Shown: in pieces, positions 15,753 to 24,773 of the stretch | How positions within the stretch are numbered: the first letter of the stretch is position 1 | How the letters are laid out: each line of letters starts with the position of its first letter | Sequence record: OR594179 | Reading direction: 5' to 3' (one strand) | Source: Escherichia phage vB_EcoM_SHAK7163 | Length of the DNA: 44,656 bases | Made by a program: the position numbers and the translations under genes | Notes under the pieces: generated by a model | What the model was told of the DNA's origin: nothing | Database searches by the model: none | The model's input: the letters and a program-made list of their open reading frames with translations, nothing else

Positions 15753-16025
15753 ATGCCGACTATTGAATCTCGAATTGAACTGGACATTAGCTACAATGCA
15801 ATCACCAGGCAGTATATTGGGGTTGCCTATGATTACAAAACTGGTGAGAAGCTAGTGGAGGTGAGACAATGGGATGACTATTGGTTAAGACAGAACCTCC
15901 ATGATGCGGTGTCCTCCTTCTTGAAGGAGTGGCCTACATGCGACCAAACTTCGACTTCGGAGCTACAGTATCGGAAGACAATAATCTCATCCTGTGGCCG
16001 ACTGAAGGTAATCGAATCGCTTTAA
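15753..16025 (+). CDS. hypothetical protein (90 aa)
   Basis: SD GGAGAATGA; overlaps start of exonuclease gene by about 88 nt in another frame. Confidence 0.4.
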   Translation: MPTIESRIELDISYNAITRQYIGVAYDYKTGEKLVEVRQWDDYWLRQNLHDAVSSFLKEWPTCDQTSTSELQYRKTIISSCGRLKVIESL

Positions 16026-16966
16026 TAGATGCTGATATGTTACCCTACATCGTAGGTTATACAATCAGTGACATGACTTATTTACGAGCCACAACTCGTG
16101 CTAAGTCAGGACAAGTCCCATCAATCAAAGATACACCTGAGTGTAAGCAAGCATGTGACCGTGTGAACTCCTTGCTTAACTCTTGGGTGTATGCAGCAGA
16201 GTGTGATGCAGCTAAGCTATTCATGACGAAATCAGAAGCTAACTTCCGTGTCCGCCTAGCATTCACAAAGCCTTATAAGGGTCAACGTAAGACCGAGAAG
16301 CCTCCGTTCTTCTATGAATTGCGAGAGCATCTCTTAGAGGTTCACGGTGCAATCTTGGCAGATGGTGAGGAAGCTGATGACCTCATGAGCATCGCACAAT
16401 GGGACAGCCACCGCCGCTTCCAGCAAGATACAGGTAACGAGTTCCCTATCGGTAGTCCAGAGCATAAAGCATTCTCTGATACTTGCATCGTTTCCTTGGA
16501 TAAGGATTTGATGATTGTTCCCGGTTGGCATCTACAGCCGGGTCAAGAGAAGAAGTGGGTAGAGCCTATGGGCTGGCTTGAGTTACGCCGCAAAGCTAAT
16601 GGTCAAGTCAAAGACCTAAAAGGTGCTGGCCTTATGTTCCATTATGCACAGATGATTATCGGTGATGATATTGATAACTATGCTGGCATACCTGGTCGTG
16701 GTGCTAAATATGCCTATGATCTTCTCAAAGGTTGTAAGACAGAGAAAGAATTGTACATGGCAGTGCTTGGTGCTTACAAAGATAAGTTCGGTCATGGACA
16801 GGTTAAGATTAAGAATTACCGAGGTGGTTATCGGGTGGGCAAAGCCTTTGACCTTATGCTTGAATGCGGTCGCTTAGCTCACATGGCTAGGTTCAAAGGT
16901 GATATATGGCGAGCCGATAAGAACCCAATCTTGTGGGGAGATGATGCGGAATGGTTAGCAAATTAA
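15938..16966 (+). CDS. 5'-3' exonuclease (T7 gene 6-like, FEN family)
   Basis: IALIDADMLPY N-terminal acidic motif; SLDKDLMIVPG and YAGIPGRGAKYAYDLL resemble remembered T7 gp6 (SCDKDFKTIP, YSGIAGWG). Confidence 0.85.
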   Translation: MRPNFDFGATVSEDNNLILWPTEGNRIALIDADMLPYIVGYTISDMTYLRATTRAKSGQVPSIKDTPECKQACDRVNSLLNSWVYAAECDAAKLFMTKSEANFRVRLAFTKPYKGQRKTEKPPFFYELREHLLEVHGAILADGEEADDLMSIAQWDSHRRFQQDTGNEFPIGSPEHKAFSDTCIVSLDKDLMIVPGWHLQPGQEKKWVEPMGWLELRRKANGQVKDLKGAGLMFHYAQMIIGDDIDNYAGIPGRGAKYAYDLLKGCKTEKELYMAVLGAYKDKFGHGQVKIKNYRGGYRVGKAFDLMLECGRLAHMARFKGDIWRADKNPILWGDDAEWLAN

Positions 16967-17364
16967 AAGCATCGGAGGTGGCAGCTTATAAGAAGGAATT
17001 GCTAGATAAGCAAGGATGGAAATGCCCTCTGTGTGGTGGCAGTCTCAAAGCTGTCACACCTGTAAACCGTGTACTTGACCATGACCATGAGACAGGATTC
17101 TGCCGTGCTGTTGTATGCCGAGGTTGCAATGGTGCGGAAGGGAAGATTAAGGGTGTTATCTCTGGTTATGGCAAGGCGGGTAATAACCGTTACTTCCAGC
17201 TTCAATGGTTAGAGAGATTGTATGAATACTGGAAGTTACATAGTAAGCCTCAGACTGATAAGATTTATCATAAACATCAAACGGAGGCAGAGAAGCGCGA
17301 GGCTAAGAACCGTAAGGCACGCCTTGCTTATGCAAGAAAGAAGAAGGAGGTTAAAGTTGGGTAA
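16951..17364 (+). CDS. endonuclease VII-type Holliday junction resolvase
   Basis: CPLCGG...LDHDHETGFCRAVVCRGCN matches the Endonuclease_7 zinc/HNH-like motif (C..C...DHDH.TG..R...C..CN). Confidence 0.75.
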   Translation: MVSKLKASEVAAYKKELLDKQGWKCPLCGGSLKAVTPVNRVLDHDHETGFCRAVVCRGCNGAEGKIKGVISGYGKAGNNRYFQLQWLERLYEYWKLHSKPQTDKIYHKHQTEAEKREAKNRKARLAYARKKKEVKVG

Positions 17365-18364
17365 GCTTCGCAGCTTGTACAAAGACTCCGAGGTACTTGA
17401 TGCAATCGAGCAAGCTACCGACGAGAAAGGTAATGTTAACTACAACGAGATGGCACGGGTATTATCGTGTCACCCTGTGGGTAAGAAGATTACCCGCCAG
17501 TTGGCTCGATACTGGCATGGTCAATTCAAGAAGACCAAGAAGAATGGTGATTACTACCAGACCCTTCTGCAAGAGGATAAGCGTATCAAGGAAGAGCGTA
17601 AGCTCAGGACTCCTGACCGCTACGAGGATTTGGCTATTGTACCATTGCCTGACTCGCCTCATCGAAGTGTACTGGTAATCCCTGATACCCATGCACCGTA
17701 TGAGCACCCAGATACCTTAGAGTTCCTTGCAGCAGTGGCAGCACGTTACCGTCCTGATACGGTGGTTCATCTTGGAGATGAGGCAGACAAACATGCCTTA
17801 TCGTTCCACGATTCGGACCCAAATCTGGACAGTGCTGGCATGGAATTAGAGAAGGCTCGTGTCTTCATGCACAAGTTGCACAAGATGTTTCCTGTGATGC
17901 GCCTGTGTCATTCTAATCACGGCTCTATGCACTTCCGTAAGGCAAGCGCCAAGGGTATTCCAGTGCAATATCTTCGTACATACCGTGAAGTCTTCTTCCC
18001 AAATGGAGGTGGCGACCAGTGGGATTGGCAACATACACACGTACTTGAGTTGCCGAATGGTGAACAGGTAGCATTCAAGCATCAACCTGCTGGCTCTGTC
18101 TTAGCAGATGCAGCGCATGAGCGTATGAACCTTGTGTGTGGTCACTTGCATGGTAAGATGTCTGTGGAGTACGCACGTAATACACATGAACAGTATTGGG
18201 CTGTGCAGGGCGGCTGTTTGATTGATGAGTCATCTCGTGCATTTGCCTATGGTCGTGAGTCCAAATACAAGCCAGCATTAGGTTGTGTGGTTATTCTGGA
18301 GGGTGTGCCGCACATTGTCCCGATGCAGACCAATAGTGACAATCGCTGGATTGGTAAGATTTAG
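17357..18364 (+). CDS. calcineurin-like metallophosphoesterase
   Basis: TTG start 6 nt after AGGAGG (alternative ATG at 17450); metallophosphatase motifs IPDTHAPY, HLGDEAD, HSNHG. Confidence 0.7.
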   Translation: MGKLRSLYKDSEVLDAIEQATDEKGNVNYNEMARVLSCHPVGKKITRQLARYWHGQFKKTKKNGDYYQTLLQEDKRIKEERKLRTPDRYEDLAIVPLPDSPHRSVLVIPDTHAPYEHPDTLEFLAAVAARYRPDTVVHLGDEADKHALSFHDSDPNLDSAGMELEKARVFMHKLHKMFPVMRLCHSNHGSMHFRKASAKGIPVQYLRTYREVFFPNGGGDQWDWQHTHVLELPNGEQVAFKHQPAGSVLADAAHERMNLVCGHLHGKMSVEYARNTHEQYWAVQGGCLIDESSRAFAYGRESKYKPALGCVVILEGVPHIVPMQTNSDNRWIGKI

Positions 18365-18381
18365 TTGACACTATAGAACAA
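18359..18381 (+). promoter_or_regulatory. phage RNAP promoter (SP6-like variant)
   Basis: ATTTAGTTGACACTATAGAACAA. Confidence 0.65.
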
Positions 18382-18432
18382 AGGGTAGGTATTAGCTTAC
18401 CCTTGATTGTATAGTGAATGGAGGAATTAATT

Positions 18433-18903
18433 ATGTCAAAGATTTATATTGGCGAATACGTCGTACGCCGTGCAGCTTACCGAGATGCCATCTGGAATAA
18501 ACTGTGTGAAAGCCTAGGCAAGAAACCAGATGGGGTGTTCAAAGTATCCCGTGCAGAACCTAATTATAACTCTATTATGTTAGAAGGTGTTGAGAAGCGC
18601 GAATGGTATGCACCTTACTTCAAGGTTGTTGACTCATTGCAAGATGAAGATCCTAGCACGTTGGACAACAATATGGTTACTAAGCCTAAGCACTATGAGT
18701 TCTTCGATGGGGTAGAGGTAATCACTATCATTGCTCGTAGTATGACCGAGAAGCAATTTGCTGGATATTGCATGGGTAATGCTTTGAAGTATCGTCTGCG
18801 TGCAGGGAAGAAATTCAACACGGAAGAAGATCTGAAGAAAGCAGACTACTACAAAGAGCTATTCCAGAAGCATCGTCACGAATGTATTGATGAGGATATT
18901 TAA
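18433..18903 (+). CDS. gp1.7-like nucleotide kinase (DUF3310 family)
   Basis: KPKHYEFFDGVEVITIIARSMTEKQFAGYCMGNALKYRLRAGKK...KADYYKELFQKH closely resembles remembered T7 gp1.7 (KPSHYMLFDDIEAIEVIARSMTVEQFKGYCFGNILKYRLRAGKK). Confidence 0.8.
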   Translation: MSKIYIGEYVVRRAAYRDAIWNKLCESLGKKPDGVFKVSRAEPNYNSIMLEGVEKREWYAPYFKVVDSLQDEDPSTLDNNMVTKPKHYEFFDGVEVITIIARSMTEKQFAGYCMGNALKYRLRAGKKFNTEEDLKKADYYKELFQKHRHECIDEDI

Positions 18904-18904
18904 T

Positions 18905-19021
18905 ATGACTTGTCCTAATTGTGGAAGTGAAGAAACAGAACATGTAGTTATGTCAGATACTTATCATTTCTACTTCTGTCATAGCTGCGACACCACCATT
19001 GAAGAGGAAGAAGCTGTATGA
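18905..19021 (+). CDS. zinc-ribbon mini-protein (38 aa)
   Basis: MTCPNCGSE...FCHSCDT; stop overlaps ligase start; below track cutoff. Confidence 0.35.
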   Translation: MTCPNCGSEETEHVVMSDTYHFYFCHSCDTTIEEEEAV

Positions 19022-19965
19022 ATATATTCCAATTCCTAGGTCTTCCAGAAGACCACCGCAATCACCCATTCATGCTGGTGAAACATCGCGGTGAAGTACC
19101 TGAGAAGAAATTAACTTTTCCATGTTATGCACAGGTAAAACGAGATGGTATATTTAGTGCTGTGGTTGTTCGCAACGATGGTGTCGTTGGTGTCTTTGGA
19201 CGCACTGGAAAGAAACTGGCTAACACGGAAACCTTGGAAGAATCTTATTCAGCTTTCCCTACTGGCATTTATCTCGGTGAGTTGCAATCTATGGCTATTG
19301 ATGTCTACCTTGAAGCACTTTCTGGAGTAGTTAACCCTAACCGCACTGAGCCACTGGATTTCATAGGCCAGCAGATTAAAGACAACCTGTATATTGACTT
19401 CTTCGATATGTTAACTATTAAGGCATTCCATGATGGATTCACTGATGTTTCTTATCTCAAACGTTACGATGCTTTACATCGTCGCATCGGCGCTCATCTT
19501 AGCGGGTACAACGCTATCCTTCCTATTACTCCTTGCCATAATGAGCGAGAAGTTGAAGCGTTTGCGCAAGAGCAAATAGACGCAGGCCGAGAGGGTGCTG
19601 TGTTTAAACTGGACTGTGATTATGAAGCAGGCCACAAAGGTTATCGTCAGACTAAAGAAGTCCGTAAGGTAACTTATGACCTTACTTGTATTGGCTTTGA
19701 AGAAGGCAAAGGTAAGTACAAAGGTAAGGTAGCTAACCTCATTTTCAAATGGAAAGGAGGCAAGACAATCAAAGCTATGTTAGGTAAAGGGTGGACTCAT
19801 GCAGATGCAGAACAGATGTTCCACGATATTAAACATGGTGGACGATTGAATGTCATTGGTAAAATCTTTGAAGTAAAAGGTCTTCAGGATTCAAGCAAGG
19901 GCAACATTCGTCTGCCCAAAGCGGGAGAATTAAGACATGACAAAGATGAACCAGATTTCTTTTGA
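19018..19965 (+). CDS. ATP-dependent DNA ligase
   Basis: 315 aa; adenylation motif I KRDGI (KxDG) at AQVKRDGIFSAVV. Confidence 0.8.
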   Translation: MNIFQFLGLPEDHRNHPFMLVKHRGEVPEKKLTFPCYAQVKRDGIFSAVVVRNDGVVGVFGRTGKKLANTETLEESYSAFPTGIYLGELQSMAIDVYLEALSGVVNPNRTEPLDFIGQQIKDNLYIDFFDMLTIKAFHDGFTDVSYLKRYDALHRRIGAHLSGYNAILPITPCHNEREVEAFAQEQIDAGREGAVFKLDCDYEAGHKGYRQTKEVRKVTYDLTCIGFEEGKGKYKGKVANLIFKWKGGKTIKAMLGKGWTHADAEQMFHDIKHGGRLNVIGKIFEVKGLQDSSKGNIRLPKAGELRHDKDEPDFF

Positions 19966-20152
19966 TAGCATGAAGGCAACTCGTGCAGTTGAGGTAGCAG
20001 AAGCTATCTTTGAAACTTTATCCTGTGGCATGGAATTGCCGTATACTTTACTGGCTGATGCAGAAGAGCTTGGTCTTTCTGTAGAAGCTATCCAAGAGAA
20101 GGTTGAAGAACTCTATGGTACAGACGAAGAAGAAACCGACGATTTCATTTGA
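19937..20152 (+). CDS. hypothetical acidic protein (71 aa)
   Basis: ORF overlapping ligase 3' end. Confidence 0.4.
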   Translation: MTKMNQISFDSMKATRAVEVAEAIFETLSCGMELPYTLLADAEELGLSVEAIQEKVEELYGTDEEETDDFI

Positions 20153-20285
20153 GGGTATGGAGATGCTTGAGATGATTCTCAAGCCTTCTTCTCCGAAGGT
20201 GACTAAGACCCACGAAGAATTAATCGTAGATGAAGTTAAGCGTTACATAATGGATTGTGTCAGAGCACAACTGGTGGTCCAATGA
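20103..20285 (+). CDS. hypothetical protein (60 aa)
   Basis: ORF only; overlaps both neighbours. Confidence 0.3.
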   Translation: MKNSMVQTKKKPTISFEGMEMLEMILKPSSPKVTKTHEELIVDEVKRYIMDCVRAQLVVQ

Positions 20286-20743
20286 TACGTCCAGCTTCAT
20301 TCCTAGATATTCCTGAGATTATAAACCTTGGGAATAAGTATGTGGAAGAGGAAGTCAAGGTTGTAGCCCATCACTCAGCCTCATGGAATGCAGAACAAAG
20401 TGCACATAACCTTTGTGCATCTCTTAGTAGAGAAGATTTATTCCTATGGGTTGCTGTAGATGAAGGGCGGATTGTAGGGTTCCTGTGGGCTGGCTATCAC
20501 GAGTTGGCCCCTTGGACACCTGTAATGGTTGCCTCTGACATTCTCTTTTATATTATACCAGAGAAGCGAGGAACCCTACTTGGTATGCGTCTCATCAAAG
20601 CCCTAAAGCAATGGGCTAGTGATAATGAATGCTCTGAGGTTCGCCTGTCTATCGCCTCTGGTATTAATGAAGAACGTGTCGGACGTATGTATAAGCGACT
20701 TGGCTTTGAACCGTTTGGCACTGTGTATAACCTGAAGTTCTAA
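20282..20743 (+). CDS. GNAT-family N-acetyltransferase
   Basis: 153 aa from first ATG; acetyl-CoA binding-like motif EKRGTLLGMRLIKAL and C-terminal YKRLGFEP. Confidence 0.6.
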   Translation: MIRPASFLDIPEIINLGNKYVEEEVKVVAHHSASWNAEQSAHNLCASLSREDLFLWVAVDEGRIVGFLWAGYHELAPWTPVMVASDILFYIIPEKRGTLLGMRLIKALKQWASDNECSEVRLSIASGINEERVGRMYKRLGFEPFGTVYNLKF

Positions 20744-20752
20744 GGAGATAAC

Positions 20753-20959
20753 ATGGGTGTTGTAAAGAAAGCATTTAAGGCTATCGGTCTTGCTCAAGAT
20801 GCACCACGTATTGAAGCCAAAGTCCCAGCACAGCAGCTTGAGCGTAAGCCTGAGACTGAAGCTGAAGATATTCAAATTGGTGCAGGGGATGATGCTACTG
20901 CATCTGCAAAAGGTAAGCGTGGCCTTGTCCGTCCGGTAGCTTCTAGCTTGAAGGTGTAA
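20753..20959 (+). CDS. hypothetical small protein (68 aa) preceding portal gene
   Basis: SD TAAGGAG; position equivalent to small virion/assembly genes upstream of the T7 portal. Confidence 0.5.
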   Translation: MGVVKKAFKAIGLAQDAPRIEAKVPAQQLERKPETEAEDIQIGAGDDATASAKGKRGLVRPVASSLKV

Positions 20960-20960
20960 T

Positions 20961-22511
20961 ATGAAACAGAGCACAGATTTGGAGTATGGAGGTAAGCGGT
21001 CTAAGATACCTAAGCTATGGGAGAAGTTCTCCACTAAACGTAGCTCTTTCCTTGATAGGGCGAAGCATTACTCCAAATTAACCTTGCCCTATCTGATGAA
21101 TGACAAAGGTGATAACGAGACTTCGCAGAATGGATGGCAAGGTGTAGGTGCTCAGGCAACTAATCATCTAGCCAACAAGCTAGCGCAAGTACTATTCCCT
21201 GCACAGCGTTCCTTCTTCCGTGTAGACTTAACTGCACAAGGTGAGAAGGTTCTTAATCAGCGTGGCCTGAAGAAGACAGAGCTAGCTACCATCTTCGCTC
21301 AAGTGGAAACACGGGCAATGAAAGAGTTAGAGCAACGTCAATTCCGGCCTGCTGTAGTAGAAGCATTTAAGCATCTTATTGTTGCTGGCAGCTGTATGCT
21401 ATACAAGCCGAGCAAAGGTGCAATCAGTGCTATCCCAATGCATCACTACGTAGTTAACCGTGATACCAATGGCGACCTGTTAGACATTATCTTGCTACAA
21501 GAGAAAGCCTTACGTACCTTTGACCCAGCTACACGTGCGGTAGTAGAGGTTGGCCTGAAAGGTAAGAAGTGCAAGGAAGATGACAGCGTTAAGCTGTACA
21601 CACATGCTAAGTATCTTGGTGATGGATTTTGGGAACTCAAGCAATCTGCTGATGATATCCCTGTGGGTAAGGTGAGTAAAATCAAATCAGAAAAGCTACC
21701 TTTCATCCCATTAACTTGGAAGCGAAGCTATGGTGAGGATTGGGGTCGCCCTCTTGCAGAGGATTACTCCGGTGATTTATTCGTTATCCAATTCTTATCT
21801 GAAGCGGTTGCCCGTGGTGCTGCGCTGATGGCAGATATCAAGTACCTGATTCGTCCGGGTGCTCAAACTGATGTTGACCACTTTGTTAACTCTGGCACTG
21901 GTGAGGTTGTCACTGGTGTAGAAGAAGACATCCATATTGTACAGTTAGGTAAGTACGCAGACCTCACACCTATTAGCGCGGTTCTAGAGGTATACACTCG
22001 CCGTATCGGTGTTGTCTTCATGATGGAGACAATGACACGCCGTGACGCCGAACGTGTTACTGCTGTAGAAATCCAGCGAGATGCGTTAGAGATTGAGCAG
22101 AACATGGGTGGTGTATACTCCCTCTTTGCTACTACTATGCAATCGCCAGTAGCGATGTGGGGTCTGCTGGAGGCAGGGGAGTCCTTCACTAGTGACTTAG
22201 TGGACCCTGTGATTATCACAGGTATTGAAGCTTTAGGACGCATGGCTGAGTTGGATAAACTGGCTAACTTTGCTCAGTATATGTCACTGCCACTACAATG
22301 GCCTGAGCCTGTCCTAGCTGCTGTGAAATGGCCTGACTATATGGATTGGGTGCGTGGTCAAATCTCTGCTGAACTGCCGTTCCTTAAATCGGCTGAAGAG
22401 ATGGCACAAGAACAGGAAGCACAGATGCAAGCACAGCAAGCACAGCTGCTTGAAGAAGGTGTGGCTAAGGCCGTGCCGGGTGTAATTCAACAAGAACTTA
22501 AGGAGGCGTAA
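20961..22511 (+). CDS. portal (head-tail connector) protein
   Basis: 516 aa; WQGVGAQATNHLANKLAQVLFP and GERVTAVEIQRD...GGVYSLFA resemble remembered T7 gp8 (WQAVGARGLNNLASKL..., GERVTAEEIRY...GGVYSIL). Confidence 0.9.
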   Translation: MKQSTDLEYGGKRSKIPKLWEKFSTKRSSFLDRAKHYSKLTLPYLMNDKGDNETSQNGWQGVGAQATNHLANKLAQVLFPAQRSFFRVDLTAQGEKVLNQRGLKKTELATIFAQVETRAMKELEQRQFRPAVVEAFKHLIVAGSCMLYKPSKGAISAIPMHHYVVNRDTNGDLLDIILLQEKALRTFDPATRAVVEVGLKGKKCKEDDSVKLYTHAKYLGDGFWELKQSADDIPVGKVSKIKSEKLPFIPLTWKRSYGEDWGRPLAEDYSGDLFVIQFLSEAVARGAALMADIKYLIRPGAQTDVDHFVNSGTGEVVTGVEEDIHIVQLGKYADLTPISAVLEVYTRRIGVVFMMETMTRRDAERVTAVEIQRDALEIEQNMGGVYSLFATTMQSPVAMWGLLEAGESFTSDLVDPVIITGIEALGRMAELDKLANFAQYMSLPLQWPEPVLAAVKWPDYMDWVRGQISAELPFLKSAEEMAQEQEAQMQAQQAQLLEEGVAKAVPGVIQQELKEA

Positions 22512-23431
22512 TGTCTTTCTCATTTACTGAACCGTCAACCACTCACCCTACTACTGAAGAGGGTCCGGTAGAAACCAAGGAGGTAACAACTGATGCTGCT
22601 ACTACTGATGCTCCTGCTGACGCTGGCACTGCTGTACAAGATGACAATGCTGGTGCACAACCTACTGAAGACACCGGAGGAGAAGCTTCTGGACAGCCTT
22701 CAGAAAAAGGAGACAATGGCGGAGAGAATGGTGAACCTAAGCCAGATGATACCGCGACCGACACTGAGGAAGTGCAATACTTCTTCGGAGAACATGAAGT
22801 AACAATAGACATCCCACAGGATGTAACTGACAGCCTTAAAGAGAAAGGCATTGATGCCAAGCAGGTTGCCAAGGAACTCTATTCCAAAGGTGGCAAGTTT
22901 GAACTGTCAGATGCAACCAAGCAGAAATTGTATGATGCTTTTGGCAAGTTTGCAGTAGATGCCTACCTGTCTGGTCTTAAAGCACAGAATGAAGCCTTCT
23001 TCCTGAAGGAAGCTAACGCAGCTAAAGAGCGGGACGCAGCTAACACTCAGCGCTTCTCTGATGTCTCTAAGGAAGTTGGTGGTGAAGAGGGGTGGTCACG
23101 TCTTGAGGCGTGGGCGCTTGAAACGCTATCCGATGACGAACTCACGGCATTCAATGCGGTGATGGAGTCTGGCAACCAGTACCTCCAGCAGTACGCTGTG
23201 CGTGAACTGGAGAGCCGCCGTAAGGCTGCACAGGGTGATGACAAACCAAACCTGATTGAACCCTCTGCACCTGCTGCTGCATCTGAAGATAATGGCCCAC
23301 TGACGCGAGATCAGTACGTTCAAGCAATCGCAACTCTTAGCCAGAAGTACGGCAATGACCGTAAAGCTATGGCAGAAGCTCAGGCTAAACTGGACGCCCG
23401 TCGCCGTGCTGGCATGGCTCGCGGTATCTAA
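22511..23431 (+). CDS. capsid assembly scaffolding protein
   Basis: 306 aa, acidic/low-complexity, between portal and capsid genes as T7 gp9. Confidence 0.75.
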   Translation: MSFSFTEPSTTHPTTEEGPVETKEVTTDAATTDAPADAGTAVQDDNAGAQPTEDTGGEASGQPSEKGDNGGENGEPKPDDTATDTEEVQYFFGEHEVTIDIPQDVTDSLKEKGIDAKQVAKELYSKGGKFELSDATKQKLYDAFGKFAVDAYLSGLKAQNEAFFLKEANAAKERDAANTQRFSDVSKEVGGEEGWSRLEAWALETLSDDELTAFNAVMESGNQYLQQYAVRELESRRKAAQGDDKPNLIEPSAPAAASEDNGPLTRDQYVQAIATLSQKYGNDRKAMAEAQAKLDARRRAGMARGI

Positions 23432-23437
23432 TTCAGT

Positions 23438-23460
23438 ATTTACTGGACACTATAGAAGGG
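23438..23460 (+). promoter_or_regulatory. phage RNAP promoter upstream of capsid gene
   Basis: ATTTACTGGACACTATAGAAGGG. Confidence 0.8.
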
Positions 23461-23510
23461 AGAAAAGTTCTCCCTAGTTATCAATTTGATTTATAAGGAG
23501 ATTATAATAC

Positions 23511-24719
23511 ATGTCTACACCGAATACTCTGACTAACGTTGCTGTATCTGCGTCCGGTGAGGTTGACAGCCTTCTCATTGAGAAGTTTAATGGTAAGGTC
23601 AATGAGCAGTACCTGAAAGGTGAGAACATTCTGTCCTACTTTGATGTACAAACTGTTACTGGCACTAACACAGTGAGCAACAAATATTTGGGCGAAACTG
23701 AGTTGCAGGTGCTAGCACCGGGTCAGTCTCCTAATGCCACCCCTACTCAGGCGGATAAAAACCAGTTGGTAATTGATACCACTGTCATTGCTCGTAACAC
23801 TGTGGCTCACATCCACGATGTACAAGGTGACATCGATAGCCTGAAACCAAAACTGGCTATGAACCAAGCCAAGCAACTGAAACGTCTGGAAGACCAGATG
23901 GCAATTCAGCAGATGCTGTTAGGTGGTATCGCTAACACCAAGGCCAAACGTAACAAGCCGCGTGTTAAAGGGCATGGCTTCTCTATCAACGTTAACGTAA
24001 CTGAGAGTGAAGCACTGGCTAACCCTCAGTATGTTATGGCTGCGGTAGAGTATGCTCTGGAGCAACAGCTTGAGCAGGAAGTGGACATCTCTGATGTAGC
24101 TATCATGATGCCGTGGAAGTTCTTCAATGCTCTGCGTGATGCAGACCGAATTGTAGATAAGACTTACACTATCAGCCAGTCTGGTGCAACCATTAATGGC
24201 TTCGTTCTCTCTTCTTATAACTGCCCTGTGATCCCGTCTAATCGATTCCCTACCTTCGCTCAGAATCAGGCTCACCACCTGTTGTCTAATGAAGATAACG
24301 GCTATCGTTATGACCCTATCGCAGAGATGAATGGTGCAGTTGCTGTTCTGTTCACTGCCGACGCACTGCTGGTGGGTCGTACCATTGAAGTGACTGGTGA
24401 CATCTTCTATGAGAAGAAAGAGAAGACTTATTACATTGACACCTTCATGGCTGAGGGTGCAATCCCTGACCGTTGGGAAGCAGTGTCTGTAGTTACCACT
24501 AAACGTAATGCAGCTACTGGTGCTGCTGAAGGTTCTGGTGATGATCACGCAACCGTACTGGCTCGTGCACAGCGTAAGGCTGTATATGTCAAAACCGAAG
24601 GTGCTGCGGCTGCATTCTCTGCTGCCCCAGCAGGTATCCAAGCGGAAGACCTTGTAGCGGCGGTACGTGCTGTAATGGCAAATGACATCAAGCCGACTGC
24701 AATGAAACCTGCTGAGTAA
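23511..24719 (+). CDS. major capsid protein
   Basis: 402 aa; strong SD TAAGGAG; own promoter and strong terminator as for T7 gene 10. Confidence 0.85.
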   Translation: MSTPNTLTNVAVSASGEVDSLLIEKFNGKVNEQYLKGENILSYFDVQTVTGTNTVSNKYLGETELQVLAPGQSPNATPTQADKNQLVIDTTVIARNTVAHIHDVQGDIDSLKPKLAMNQAKQLKRLEDQMAIQQMLLGGIANTKAKRNKPRVKGHGFSINVNVTESEALANPQYVMAAVEYALEQQLEQEVDISDVAIMMPWKFFNALRDADRIVDKTYTISQSGATINGFVLSSYNCPVIPSNRFPTFAQNQAHHLLSNEDNGYRYDPIAEMNGAVAVLFTADALLVGRTIEVTGDIFYEKKEKTYYIDTFMAEGAIPDRWEAVSVVTTKRNAATGAAEGSGDDHATVLARAQRKAVYVKTEGAAAAFSAAPAGIQAEDLVAAVRAVMANDIKPTAMKPAE

Positions 24720-24726
24720 TACCTAT

Positions 24727-24760
24727 GCCCTATCTACCTTGCGTAGGTAGGGTTATTTTT
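24727..24760 (+). terminator. hairpin + U-run terminator after capsid gene
   Basis: GCCCTATCTACC-TTGCG-TAGGTAGGG followed by TTATTTTTG; same family as the terminator at 15694. Confidence 0.7.
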
Positions 24761-24773
24761 GTTAGGAGGATTC

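Noticed and set aside
17222-17356. Upstream start of the phosphoesterase ORF (track ORF 17222-18364)
   Set aside because: Would overlap the resolvase gene by more than 140 nt and gives an Arg-rich junk N-terminus; TTG at 17357 sits 6 nt after AGGAGG.
19145-19330. 61-aa alternative-frame ORF inside the ligase gene
   Set aside because: No translation signals; overlaps the ligase adenylation domain coding region.
23919-24641. 240-aa minus-strand ORF inside the major capsid gene
   Set aside because: Antisense shadow ORF of a highly expressed + strand gene; no SD, no promoter in that orientation.
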